Part shown: positions 19,922 to 29,319 of the stretch, piece after piece
Numbering within the stretch: position 1 is the first letter of the stretch
Layout of the letters: each line of letters begins with the position of its first letter
Origin: Desulfobacterales bacterium
Lineage (GTDB): Bacteria > Desulfobacterota > Desulfobacteria > Desulfobacterales > UBA5852
NCBI GenBank assembly: GCA_963674755.2
Contig: CAXXVS010000003.1
Coordinates: forward strand, 768,001 to 832,000
Reading direction: 5' to 3'
Length of the DNA: 64,000 bases
Position numbers and translations under genes: made by a program
Notes under the pieces: model-generated
What the model saw: only the letters and a program-made list of their open reading frames with translations
Database searches by the model: none
What the model was told of the DNA's origin: nothing

Positions 19922-19960
19922 TTTTGGCAAAGAAGAGCAAAAAGGGGTCAGGTCTCAAAT

Positions 19961-20110
19961 TTGACGGTTTCGTAAAGAGTCCGATATCGGCGTTTCACGG
20001 CCTACGGCCCCCGCGCTTGCGGTATCTCGCGTCACGGCGGCGTGCGTTCCGTAATTCTCATTTCACGAGATTCGCAAGCGTTGATCTCGAATTTTCTACG
20101 AAACCATCAA
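19961..20110. mobile_element. 150-bp MITE-like element
   Basis: Terminal inverted repeats TTGACGGTTTCGTAAA / TCTACGAAACCATCAA (14/16); no coding capacity. Confidence 0.65.
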
Positions 20111-20246
20111 CATTCAGCAGAACAAATTTTCACGCGCCATCTGTAGAGATTAAAGTTTTGACAAACCCGCTGATATTGTTATAACAATACTATTCCACTT
20201 CCAGCGCTAATCCATCAGACTTGCCCGCATTCTGATCTGGTTCGAA

Positions 20247-20366
20247 AAATGTCCTAGAACATTTGGGATGATCGGATCCACTTCTTGTGATGGGCTCGGC
20301 AAGCGCCTAAGCTACGATGTAGGCCAACCTGCCAAAGCCCGGACCACCAAGCTTAGATCCACCCAT
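20247..20366 (+). repeat. Copy 1 of ~120-bp duplicated leader
   Basis: About 80% identical by manual alignment to 21273-21393. Confidence 0.85.
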
Positions 20367-20631
20367 TATCCATTCCGCCATCATTTCATCGGCGATAGAG
20401 GGAGATTCGATCGGAAGATCGGCCCGGAGATGGCCGCCGAGTATAAGAACACTGGATTGCTGCTGGTCGCGTCGCTAATCGACGAAAAAAACGGGATCTG
20501 CGGTTCGAAAAGGGCCCTAATGGACTGGGGTTCAAACGCTGATACGTTTTCCGGCCGATGGATCAAAGCCGTCGATGAAATCGTTCAAACGGCTGAAGCG
20601 CTGGTATCCTGACCACGAACCATCAATAACC

Positions 20632-21198
20632 ATGGATGACCGCATGATAACCGAAGATTTATATCAGAATTACCTGAAAGATCTTCTCGATGGTCGACGA
20701 TCGCAGTGTCTGCAAACGGTGGGGGAACTGATTGACAATGACATCGACGTGAAACGGCTCTATGTCGACCTGTTCCAGCGAAGTATGTACCACGTCGGTG
20801 AACTGTGGGAAAACAATCGAATCAGCGGTTTCCCCCATAGCTATATTTTTTCATTTCACCCCATGGACAGTGAAATTCTGGTATTGGGCCACCTCGACAC
20901 AAAGGATGTCGAAAAGATGCAGGTCGACATCATGCTGCTCAACCAGGATCTGGGCAACCTTAACCGCGAACTGCACAAGAAAAACGCCCAGCTTCAGGAC
21001 GCCCTGGATCATGTTAAAACGCTGCAGGGCATCATTCCCATCTGCATGCATTGCCATAAAATAAGAGACGAACGGCAGATATGGGACCGACTCGAAGCCT
21101 ATCTTTCCGAGCACACAAGCGCTGAACTCAGTCATAGTATTTGCCCGGATTGTATGGAAAAGTACTATCCCGAAGAGGATGACGATGAAGCAGAATAA
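20632..21198 (+). pseudogene. Probable deletion chimera: B12-binding cap N-terminus fused to a coiled coil and CxxC..H..CxxC C-terminus
   Basis: LYVDLFQRSMYHVGELWENNRIS followed directly by GFPHSYIF...LNRELHKKNAQL...IPICMHCHKIRD..SHSICPDC. Confidence 0.55.
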
Positions 21199-21272
21199 GG
21201 TGTCCTTCTGTATGCGCCGGATGGTAATAGGCTTGGTATCATCGGGGTTTGATCTTCTATATCCGGCTCAAT

Positions 21273-21393
21273 AAATGTCCTGGGACATTTGGGATGATCG
21301 AATACAATTCTTGAAATGGGGGGCGGCAAGCGCATGCGCTACGGTGTAGGCGAACCAGCAAAAGCCCGGACCGTCACGCTTAGCGCCATCCAT
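21273..21393 (+). repeat. Copy 2 of duplicated leader, starting with perfect palindrome AAATGTCC-TG-GGACATTT
   Basis: Direct alignment with copy 1. Confidence 0.85.
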
Positions 21394-24361
21394 GGGATTT
21401 TTCATCTATTCAGAGAAAGCAGCGAATATGCCGATACATGGGAAACAGGTGCCACCTGACGATGGGAATCTTTTGAAGGATGTCAAGCAAGGGAAAAAAC
21501 CAACAGAGGGCATCCGCTTTCCCATCGTTGGTATCGGCGCCTCCGCCGGTGGACTGGAAACCCTCAATGTTTTCTTTTCCATCATGCCACCCGACAGCGG
21601 CATGGCGTTTGTCGTCATCCAGCATCTGAGTCCGAAGCATAAAAGCATTATGGCATCGCTCGTGGACAAACATACGCAGATGAGCGTTGTGCAGATAGAA
21701 GACGGCGTCCGGGTTGAACCCAACCATGTCTATCTGAATCCGCCGGCCATGAACGTGGCCGTTTCCGACCGCCGCCTGCAACTGATGGAACCGGTAAAAA
21801 CCGGCTCGATCAACATGCCCATCGATTTCTTTTTCAGATCGCTTTCGGAAGACCAGCATGAAAACGCCATCGGCATCATTTTATCGGGCACGGCGTCCGA
21901 CGGAACCCTGGGGGTCAGGGCGATCAAAGGGAACAGCGGCATGGTCATGGTCCAGGAGCCGGAGAGCGCCAAATATGACGGCATGCCTAAAAGCGCCATT
22001 GAAACCGGACATGTCGATTTCATTCTTCCCGTGGAGAAGATGCCGGAAGCGTTAAGCCATTATGCCAGGCACCCTTTCCTCGAGTCCCTGGATAAACTCA
22101 AACTCAAAGATCCTCCGGTCAAAAACCAGATCCAGAAGATTTTCGCGTTGATTCGCAGCAAAACGGGCCACGATTTTTCCCATTACAAACCCAGCACCAT
22201 TGCCCGGCGGATCGAACGCCGCCTGGCGGTTCAACAGATCAAAGCACTGCCTGATTACATTCTTTATCTCCAGAAAAATCCAGCGGAGATAGACGTGCTT
22301 TTTAAGAATCTGGTTATCGGGGTAACCAGATTCTTCAGGGATCCGCAAGCCTATGACGTGCTGATGCAACAGGTGCTGCCGACGTTGTTGGATCGGAAAG
22401 CGCCTGATACGAACATCCGTTTCTGGGTGGCGGGCTGCTCGACCGGCGAGGAAGCCTATTCACTGGGCATATGCTTATCCGAAGCGATGGATAAGGCCGC
22501 AAAGCAATTCAATGTCCAAATCTTTGCCACGGATATCGATGCGACCGCCCTGGATATTGCCCGCAAAGGGGTCTATCCGGACAGTATCGGTGTGGATGTT
22601 TCCCCGGGGCGCTTAAACCGGTTTTTCATAAAAGAAACTGGTTTTTTCAAGGTTAAAAAACAATTGCGCGACATGGTCGTCTTTTCACCGCACAACATCA
22701 TCAAAGATCCACCCTTTTCCCGCCTGGACCTGGTCAGTTGCCGAAACCTGATGATTTATATGGACAGTGTCCTGCAAAAAAAGATCCTGCCCCTGTTTCA
22801 TTATACGTTAAAACCCGGAGGCATTTTGTTTCTGGGCACATCCGAAAGCGTTGGTGAGTACACGGACCTTTTTAAGCCCATTGATTCCAAGTGGAAGGTC
22901 TTTGCACGCCAAAAAGGCCGGGCGGACACAGTCCCTGCCAAGTATGCCCCAATCGATTATCCCGTCCGGTGCAAAAGTGAACCTGAGATTAAAAAAGGTC
23001 TGGTGCCAACCAACACCATCCAGGCTCTGGCTGAAAGGGCCATCCTCGATCAATACTCACCCGCTGGCGTGCTGATCAATGAGCAGCTCGATATTCTGCA
23101 TTTTGTGGGCCGGACAGACCGCTACCTGGCGCTGCCTCCGGGAAAACCAGCTTTTAATATCCTGAACATGGCCCGTCAGGAACTCAAACCGGCGCTGACC
23201 ACAACCCTTCACCAAGCGGTCCGGGAAAAAACAGACGGTTTCTGTAAAAACGTGCGCTTCAACTACAACGATGGGTATGGCATTGTCGATCTGTCGGTTA
23301 AACAGATCGGACCCGATTTAATGCTGGTGGTCTTCGAAGATAAAACACCGGAAAAGACGGGGAAAAAGAATAAGCCCGGAGCACTGAAAATCAAAGCGGC
23401 GGACGCTGACCGACAGCGTCTTGAACAGGAGCTGCAATCGACCCGGGAATATCTTCAGGCAACCATCGAGGAGCTGGAAACCTCCAATGAGGAGCTTAAA
23501 TCAGCCAACGAGGAGCTGCAATCGGTCAACGAAGAGCTGCAAAGCACCAACGAAGAGCTGGAGACATCCAAAGAAGAGCAGCAGTCCACCAATGAAGAGC
23601 TGGTCACGGTGAATGCGGAGCTTCAAAACCGAGTGGATGAATTTTCCAGAACCAATGATGACATGAACAATCTGCTGGCCTCAACGGAAATCGCCTCGCT
23701 ATTTCTGGATACGACCCTTTGCATCAAACGCTACACCCCTGCCACGGCCAAAATCATCAAGTTGATTCCAACGGATATCGGCAGGCCGCTCAACGACCTT
23801 AAAACCCGGTTTCCGGATGTGGATTTCGTCGACTTGGCCGGCAAGGTCCTCGAAGACCTCAATACCGTGGAGGTGCAAATCCTGTCTGAGGATCTGATCT
23901 GGCATGCCCTGAAGATCGTTCCGTACCGGACCGCCGGAAATGTCATCAATGGGGTGGTGATGACCTTTATAGATATCCACAGGATCAAACAAGCCGGCAA
24001 AATCAGACGTCTGGCGACGGTTTTGGAAGATGCCAATGATGCCGTCATGGTGCTGGATTTGAAAGGCCGGATTCTGGCCTGGAACAAGGGGGCCCGGCAA
24101 TTGTACGGCTGGACGGAATCCAAGGCCCTGCAAATGAATTTTATGGATTTGACGCCCAAGGACCGGCGCAGGGACTTTGAAGAAATTGTCGATAAGCTGG
24201 CCAAAGGTGAAATTGTAAAATCGTTCAAGACCCGGCGCAAGACCAAAGGCGGCGGCATATTGGACACCTGGCTGACCGCCAGCGCATTGACCGATGAAGA
24301 CGGCCGTTTGGTCGAGATAGCGATCACCGAGCGGGATCTGGCCTGGCTGGCCGATGAATAG
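21392..24361 (+). CDS. CheB/CheR fusion protein with coiled coil and PAS domains (start may be 21428)
   Basis: GIGASAGG, QHLSP, GTASDG; VTRFFRD, GCSTGEE, CRNLMIY; heptads EELQS.NEEL; C-terminal PAS. Confidence 0.92.
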   Translation: MGFFIYSEKAANMPIHGKQVPPDDGNLLKDVKQGKKPTEGIRFPIVGIGASAGGLETLNVFFSIMPPDSGMAFVVIQHLSPKHKSIMASLVDKHTQMSVVQIEDGVRVEPNHVYLNPPAMNVAVSDRRLQLMEPVKTGSINMPIDFFFRSLSEDQHENAIGIILSGTASDGTLGVRAIKGNSGMVMVQEPESAKYDGMPKSAIETGHVDFILPVEKMPEALSHYARHPFLESLDKLKLKDPPVKNQIQKIFALIRSKTGHDFSHYKPSTIARRIERRLAVQQIKALPDYILYLQKNPAEIDVLFKNLVIGVTRFFRDPQAYDVLMQQVLPTLLDRKAPDTNIRFWVAGCSTGEEAYSLGICLSEAMDKAAKQFNVQIFATDIDATALDIARKGVYPDSIGVDVSPGRLNRFFIKETGFFKVKKQLRDMVVFSPHNIIKDPPFSRLDLVSCRNLMIYMDSVLQKKILPLFHYTLKPGGILFLGTSESVGEYTDLFKPIDSKWKVFARQKGRADTVPAKYAPIDYPVRCKSEPEIKKGLVPTNTIQALAERAILDQYSPAGVLINEQLDILHFVGRTDRYLALPPGKPAFNILNMARQELKPALTTTLHQAVREKTDGFCKNVRFNYNDGYGIVDLSVKQIGPDLMLVVFEDKTPEKTGKKNKPGALKIKAADADRQRLEQELQSTREYLQATIEELETSNEELKSANEELQSVNEELQSTNEELETSKEEQQSTNEELVTVNAELQNRVDEFSRTNDDMNNLLASTEIASLFLDTTLCIKRYTPATAKIIKLIPTDIGRPLNDLKTRFPDVDFVDLAGKVLEDLNTVEVQILSEDLIWHALKIVPYRTAGNVINGVVMTFIDIHRIKQAGKIRRLATVLEDANDAVMVLDLKGRILAWNKGARQLYGWTESKALQMNFMDLTPKDRRRDFEEIVDKLAKGEIVKSFKTRRKTKGGGILDTWLTASALTDEDGRLVEIAITERDLAWLADE

Positions 24362-24372
24362 CGGGAGCGAAA

Positions 24373-26124
24373 ATGGAAAAAGAGAAAAATAGACCGGAAG
24401 ACGCGGAACTCAGGCGACGTGCCGAAGCCGATCTGGAAGCATCTGTCGATGAAGGCGGAGATTTTTCAAGCGCTTCATCTGAAGACCTGCAGGATCTGAT
24501 CCATGAGCTGCGGGTCCACCAGGTGGAGTTGAGAATGCAAAACGAAGAGCTCCGACGCATTCAGGGGGAGCTGGAAGCGGCGTGCAATCGATACGCACAC
24601 CTGTATGACTTTGCGCCGGTGGGCTATCTTACGGTCAGCGAGAAGGGCATCATCGTCGAGGCCAATCTTACGGCCACCACCCTGCTGGGCATGGACCGGT
24701 CCGCTCTTTTGGGCAACCCGTTCAGCCGGTTTATCCTCAATGAGGATCAGGATGTTTTCTACTTATGCCGCCGACAGCTTTCGGATACGAAAAAGCCACA
24801 GTCCTGCAGACTGCGCATGGCTAGCGAGAAGGGCGACGAATTTTTTGCAAACCTGGAAAGCATCGTCGTTGAAAAGGGCGACGGCGCCCCTATGCAAATC
24901 AGAATGGTGGTCAGTGATATCACCGAACAGAAAAACCTTGAAAACAAGCTGCAGCAGGCCCGGAAGATGGAAGCTATCGGTAGGCTGGCCGGCGGGATCG
25001 CTCACGATTTCAATAATATTCTGGCCTCCATGATCGGATTTACCGAGCTGGCCCTCGATGACGCGCAAGAGGGGAGCGATTTGGAAGACAATTTGCAGGA
25101 GATTCTGATCGGGGGCAAAAGGGCCAAACTTCTGGTTCAGCAGATTTTGACCTTCAGCCGGAAGGCGCCCCAAAAACACGTGCCGTTGCGGGTGGATGCC
25201 CTGGTCCGGGAAACGGCCCGGCTGATCCGATCGACCCTGCCTGCCAATATCCGTATCGATTTAGATATAAAGACCGCCATGGATCCGTGGGTGATGGGCG
25301 ACGAGTCGCAAATTAACCAGGTTGTCATGAATTTATGCACCAACGCCGCCCATGCCATGGAGACCGAAGGCGGCAAGCTGACGATCGGCATCGACGATAT
25401 TGTACTTGAGCACGTCAATGCAGGGCACGCCTTGAATCTACCACCCGGGAAATACGTCAAATTCACTGTTAGTGATTCCGGCGTGGGGATGGCACCTGAA
25501 GTTGTCGAGCACATCTTCGAACCCTATTTTTCCACCAAAGCACCAGACAAGGGATGCGGAATGGGTCTGGCCGTTGTTGAGGGGATTGTCAAAACGCACA
25601 ATGGGCATATTTTTGCGATGGCGAAGCCGCAAAAGGGATCGACCTTCACCGTTTACTGGCCCAGACTTGAAAAAAGCCCATCTGCGACGCACCCCAAGGC
25701 GCCGGGGAAGCTGCCGGGAGGCCGTGAGCACATTCTTTTTATCGACGACGAATTCCCCATCATTAAGTTGATCAAAATAATGCTCGAAAGACTCGGCTAC
25801 ACGGTCACGACCAGTACCAGCAGTGTGCAGGCGCTGGAGTTGTTTCGCGCCGCGCCCGGGCAGTTTGACCTGGTCATAACCGACATGACCATGCCGGAGA
25901 TGACCGGCGACAAGCTGGCTGTCGAGCTGATCAAAATAATGCCCGACATCCCTGTCATCATTTGCAGCGGATACAGTAAGCATGTGTCTGAAAATTCGGC
26001 TGCCCAATTCGGGATCAAAGCGTTTTTGGGCAAACCGGTAGATAAGGTGGAACTGGCTGAAACCATCAGGAAAGTACTGGACACGGCCAATGGATCGGCA
26101 TTCGGACAGGGACCGATTCGATGA
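24373..26124 (+). CDS. PAS hybrid sensor histidine kinase/response regulator
   Basis: HELRVHQVELRMQNEEL, AHDFNN, NLCTNA, GMGL, REC (IDDE, TDMTMP, KP). Confidence 0.92.
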   Translation: MEKEKNRPEDAELRRRAEADLEASVDEGGDFSSASSEDLQDLIHELRVHQVELRMQNEELRRIQGELEAACNRYAHLYDFAPVGYLTVSEKGIIVEANLTATTLLGMDRSALLGNPFSRFILNEDQDVFYLCRRQLSDTKKPQSCRLRMASEKGDEFFANLESIVVEKGDGAPMQIRMVVSDITEQKNLENKLQQARKMEAIGRLAGGIAHDFNNILASMIGFTELALDDAQEGSDLEDNLQEILIGGKRAKLLVQQILTFSRKAPQKHVPLRVDALVRETARLIRSTLPANIRIDLDIKTAMDPWVMGDESQINQVVMNLCTNAAHAMETEGGKLTIGIDDIVLEHVNAGHALNLPPGKYVKFTVSDSGVGMAPEVVEHIFEPYFSTKAPDKGCGMGLAVVEGIVKTHNGHIFAMAKPQKGSTFTVYWPRLEKSPSATHPKAPGKLPGGREHILFIDDEFPIIKLIKIMLERLGYTVTTSTSSVQALELFRAAPGQFDLVITDMTMPEMTGDKLAVELIKIMPDIPVIICSGYSKHVSENSAAQFGIKAFLGKPVDKVELAETIRKVLDTANGSAFGQGPIR

Positions 26125-26183
26125 TCGATCCGCTTATTCCAGAATCATAAGAACTCGGGACTAATCGGGATTAAACGGTGTAG

Positions 26184-26750
26184 ATGATGACCCGCAAGCC
26201 GACCTATGCGCAACTGGAAAATAGAGTCAGGGCGCTTGAATCCCGATCCGCCGATGGTGATGTGGCGGTCTCAGTAGAAAAAGCGCGGCTGATGCTTGAA
26301 AAAGATCGAAAATTTGACAAGCAAAACAAAGAATTGGACAAAACCAATATTGCCCTTGACGTTTTGATGGATCAACACGACCGGCAGAAAAAAACGATCA
26401 AAGATACGATTCATCGAAATTTCAACAAATTGATCCTGCCGGATCTGTATGAACTGAAAAACAAACTAAAGCTGGAATCAAACCGGAAGATGATCGATTT
26501 GATCATTGCCAATTTTGAGCACCTGTTGTCTGCGGACATTGGTCGATTGACATCCGGGAGATACAAGCTCACCAAAACCGAGCTGAAAGTTGCGGCCATG
26601 ATCCGCCATGGCATGACCTCCAGGCAGATCAGCGAACACCTGAACGTTTCGGCCGATACCGTGGCGTTTCATCGAAAAAATCTGCGCAAAAAACTGGGCA
26701 TCAGCCGATCCGACAAAGAGCTGTCCCAATTCTTACAGCACCATCTCTAA
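26184..26750 (+). CDS. LuxR C-terminal HTH transcriptional regulator
   Basis: LTKTELKVA..G.TSRQIS..LNVS..TVAFHRKNLRKKLG. Confidence 0.88.
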   Translation: MMTRKPTYAQLENRVRALESRSADGDVAVSVEKARLMLEKDRKFDKQNKELDKTNIALDVLMDQHDRQKKTIKDTIHRNFNKLILPDLYELKNKLKLESNRKMIDLIIANFEHLLSADIGRLTSGRYKLTKTELKVAAMIRHGMTSRQISEHLNVSADTVAFHRKNLRKKLGISRSDKELSQFLQHHL

Positions 26751-26838
26751 TTCCCCCGGCATGACAGGGGGGGCTTAAACCTACCATAAAACCACCTAGC
26801 ATACCCTCATTTACAGCGTCCCTCGCATCTGGCACGAT

Positions 26839-26873
26839 GTATTTCATGTGTAACAAGTATTTCATCTGTATCA
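26839..26873. promoter_or_regulatory. Tandem 17-bp direct repeat, candidate operator
   Basis: GTATTTCATGTGTAACA / GTATTTCATCTGTATCA just upstream of the HTH-REC gene. Confidence 0.5.
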
Positions 26874-26904
26874 TTATTCAACCGGACTTCTTACGGGAGA
26901 TGGC

Positions 26905-27492
26905 ATGCTCGCTTCGATAGACCCGCGCAAAAAAATCTACTCGATAACCCAGGCGGCCGCATTGTGCAAACTCAACCGGGTTACCCTTTGGCGCTGGATC
27001 AGATCCGGAAAGCTCAGGGCCTACCAAACGCCCACCGGTCAATATCGAATCAAACAGGAAGATCTGGAAAGTTTTATCCAAAATGACCTTTCCTATCTCC
27101 AAACCGATCTCCCGGATAATCACCCTACAATTCTGATCATCGACGACGATCCGCAATTTCGAAAACTTGTCCGAAAAATTGTCGCAAACGACCGTTTTGA
27201 CATCGAAGAGGCCGGCAACGGGTTTGAAGCCGGCCTGAAAATCATAAAGCACATGCCCTCGATTCTGATTCTGGATTTGTTTATGCCCGAAATCGACGGT
27301 TTTGCTATTTGCCGCCAGGTAAAATCGGACCCCAATACCCGGGCAATCAGGATCATCGTGGTGACCGGTGCGGGGTCGCCGGAGACAGAAGAAAAAGTGC
27401 GGCAGCTTGGCGCCGACGCCTATTTTACAAAACCGGTTGGGCGCAACGACTTGAAGGCCTGCATTGAAAAATTGACTCAAAAGGAGCGATGA
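26905..27492 (+). CDS. Excisionase-like (HTH_17) DNA-binding domain plus receiver domain
   Basis: YSITQAAALC..TLWRWIRSGKLRAYQTPTGQYRI; IIDDD, LDLFMP, KP. Confidence 0.88.
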   Translation: MLASIDPRKKIYSITQAAALCKLNRVTLWRWIRSGKLRAYQTPTGQYRIKQEDLESFIQNDLSYLQTDLPDNHPTILIIDDDPQFRKLVRKIVANDRFDIEEAGNGFEAGLKIIKHMPSILILDLFMPEIDGFAICRQVKSDPNTRAIRIIVVTGAGSPETEEKVRQLGADAYFTKPVGRNDLKACIEKLTQKER

Positions 27493-28926
27493 ATGAATAA
27501 ATTACAAAAAACAACCACCGGCATCAGCGGTCTGGACGAGATTCTGAACGGGGGGCTGCCGCGAGGACGGCCGACCCTGATCTTCGGCGGACCGGGATGC
27601 GGTAAATCGGCCCTGGCCATGGAGTTCGCCTGCCGCGGCGCCCTGCAGTTCGGCGAGCCGGCGCTGTTGGTCTCTTTTGAAGAGTCGGCCGAAGATATCA
27701 TCACGAATTTCGCATCGTGCAGCTTCGGGTGTGCCGAGGCGATCAAAGCCCAGTCCGTTCGGATCGATTCCATCCGGTTGAACCACGATCACGCGGTGGA
27801 GTCCGGAGAGTTCACCCTGGACGGGTTGCTGGTCCGCCTGGCGCATTCCGTCAAGTCCATCGGTGCGCGCCGGTTGGTCCTGGACAGCCTGGACTCCTTG
27901 TTTTCCCGGTTTTCCGACACCGCCAACCTGCGCTACGAGGTTTCGCGCATCTTCCAATGGATCAAGACGATGGGGGTAACCGCCGTCGTCACCTGCGAAC
28001 AGGGCGACGGCGATTTCACCCGCAACGGGCTTGAAGCGTACGTGTCGGATTGTGTCATCCATTTGGATCACCGGGTCGCGGAGCAGATCTCCAAACGGCG
28101 CCTGCGGGTGATCAAGTACCGCGGATCGTCCCACGGCGCGGACGAGTATCCCTTTTTGATCACCAGCGAGGGCATTTCCATTCTGCCCATCACCTCGTTG
28201 GTTCTGGAAACTGAAGCCCCCACCGATTTTCTGTCAACCGGCGTCGACGGCCTGGACCGCATGCTGGCCGGCAAAGGCTACTATCGCGGCTCTACGGTCC
28301 TGATTTCCGGCGCCGCAGGCACCGGCAAAAGCACCCTTGCGGCCTGTCTTGGCGCGCGCAACTGCCAAAACGGCGACCGCTGCCTGTACCTGTCCTTCGA
28401 GGAGTCCACCAGCCAGATCGTACGCAATTTACGCTCCATTGGAATCGATATCGATCCGCATATCCGCAAAGGCCTGTTGCGAATGGAGCCGATCCGACCC
28501 TGCAACTTCGGCCTTGAAGAACATCTTGTCCGGGTACACGCAATTGTCGAGTCTTTTAAACCCGACATCGTGATTATTGATCCCATCACAAGCTTCAGCG
28601 GGGTCGGAAACCGGCAGAACATCAAGTCCCTGCTCCTGCGGGTCATCGACTTCATTAAAGCAAAGGGCATCACCGTGGCGATGTCCAGCCTGACGCCCGG
28701 TTCCGGAACGTCCGAAGAAACCGAGACGGAGGTTTCATCCATTGTTGATACCTGGATCATCATTCGCTTCAAGCGGACGCAGGCCGGCCGCCGACGGCAA
28801 ATCTACGTGCACAAGGCCCGGGGCATCGGCCATACGCAAACCATGGGTGAACTGGTCCTTTCCGACGCCGGGGTTGCGGTCAAGCCATTTGCCCCCATCA
28901 CTGAAGCGGCAGGAGGTGCGAAATGA
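27493..28926 (+). CDS. kaiC: Circadian clock protein KaiC homolog (double RecA-like domain)
   Basis: GGPGCGKS and GAAGTGKS Walker A, SFEES twice, KYRG/KARG, EVSSIVDTW phospho-site region. Confidence 0.92.
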   Translation: MNKLQKTTTGISGLDEILNGGLPRGRPTLIFGGPGCGKSALAMEFACRGALQFGEPALLVSFEESAEDIITNFASCSFGCAEAIKAQSVRIDSIRLNHDHAVESGEFTLDGLLVRLAHSVKSIGARRLVLDSLDSLFSRFSDTANLRYEVSRIFQWIKTMGVTAVVTCEQGDGDFTRNGLEAYVSDCVIHLDHRVAEQISKRRLRVIKYRGSSHGADEYPFLITSEGISILPITSLVLETEAPTDFLSTGVDGLDRMLAGKGYYRGSTVLISGAAGTGKSTLAACLGARNCQNGDRCLYLSFEESTSQIVRNLRSIGIDIDPHIRKGLLRMEPIRPCNFGLEEHLVRVHAIVESFKPDIVIIDPITSFSGVGNRQNIKSLLLRVIDFIKAKGITVAMSSLTPGSGTSEETETEVSSIVDTWIIIRFKRTQAGRRRQIYVHKARGIGHTQTMGELVLSDAGVAVKPFAPITEAAGGAK

Positions 28927-29258
28927 ACGCTAAGCCAACCCAATCAACCAATGGCAAGCCTTGTGCGGATTCGGCGGACAAATGGGAGCTGATTCTCTTT
29001 GTGGCCGGAAAGAGCCCCAAAACGCAACAGGTCATGCATCAGTTGGTCCAGATCTGCGAAGAGCATCTTGCGGGCCGTTATGGCATTGTGATGAGCGACA
29101 TTCTGGAGAGTCCGGAACAGGCCTTTGCCTTTGATATCATCGCCACACCGACCCTGCTGCGGACGCACCCGGAACCCATGCGAAAGATCATCGGCGACCT
29201 GTCGCAAACCAGTAAGGTTCTGTCCGCACTGGAGCTTGCGCCCTGCGCAACCGGTTGA
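28923..29258 (+). CDS. kaiB: Circadian clock protein KaiB homolog
   Basis: LFVAGKSP, IIATPTLLR..PEPMRKIIGDLS; ATGA overlap with kaiC. Confidence 0.92.
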   Translation: MNAKPTQSTNGKPCADSADKWELILFVAGKSPKTQQVMHQLVQICEEHLAGRYGIVMSDILESPEQAFAFDIIATPTLLRTHPEPMRKIIGDLSQTSKVLSALELAPCATG

Positions 29259-29319
29259 AATGGATATCCGAACAGGAACTGACAAACCGGTGCCCCGCCT
29301 GCCTGATAAAGGAGAGGGT

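Noticed and set aside
20268..20612. 114-aa ORF
   Set aside because: Overlaps the duplicated leader, whose other copy has a stop and an indel; no recognisable domain
20247..21393. Cyclic di-GMP-I riboswitch call for the duplicated leader
   Set aside because: Only GGCAA and AAAGCC fragments match; no clear GNRA-capped stem, so it cannot be called without an Rfam scan
23470..23610. 21-bp periodic repeats
   Set aside because: Normal coiled-coil heptads of CheB/CheR fusion proteins
26830..26846. Sigma-54 promoter TGGCACG upstream of the kai run
   Set aside because: The -24 box is present but there is no GC at -12
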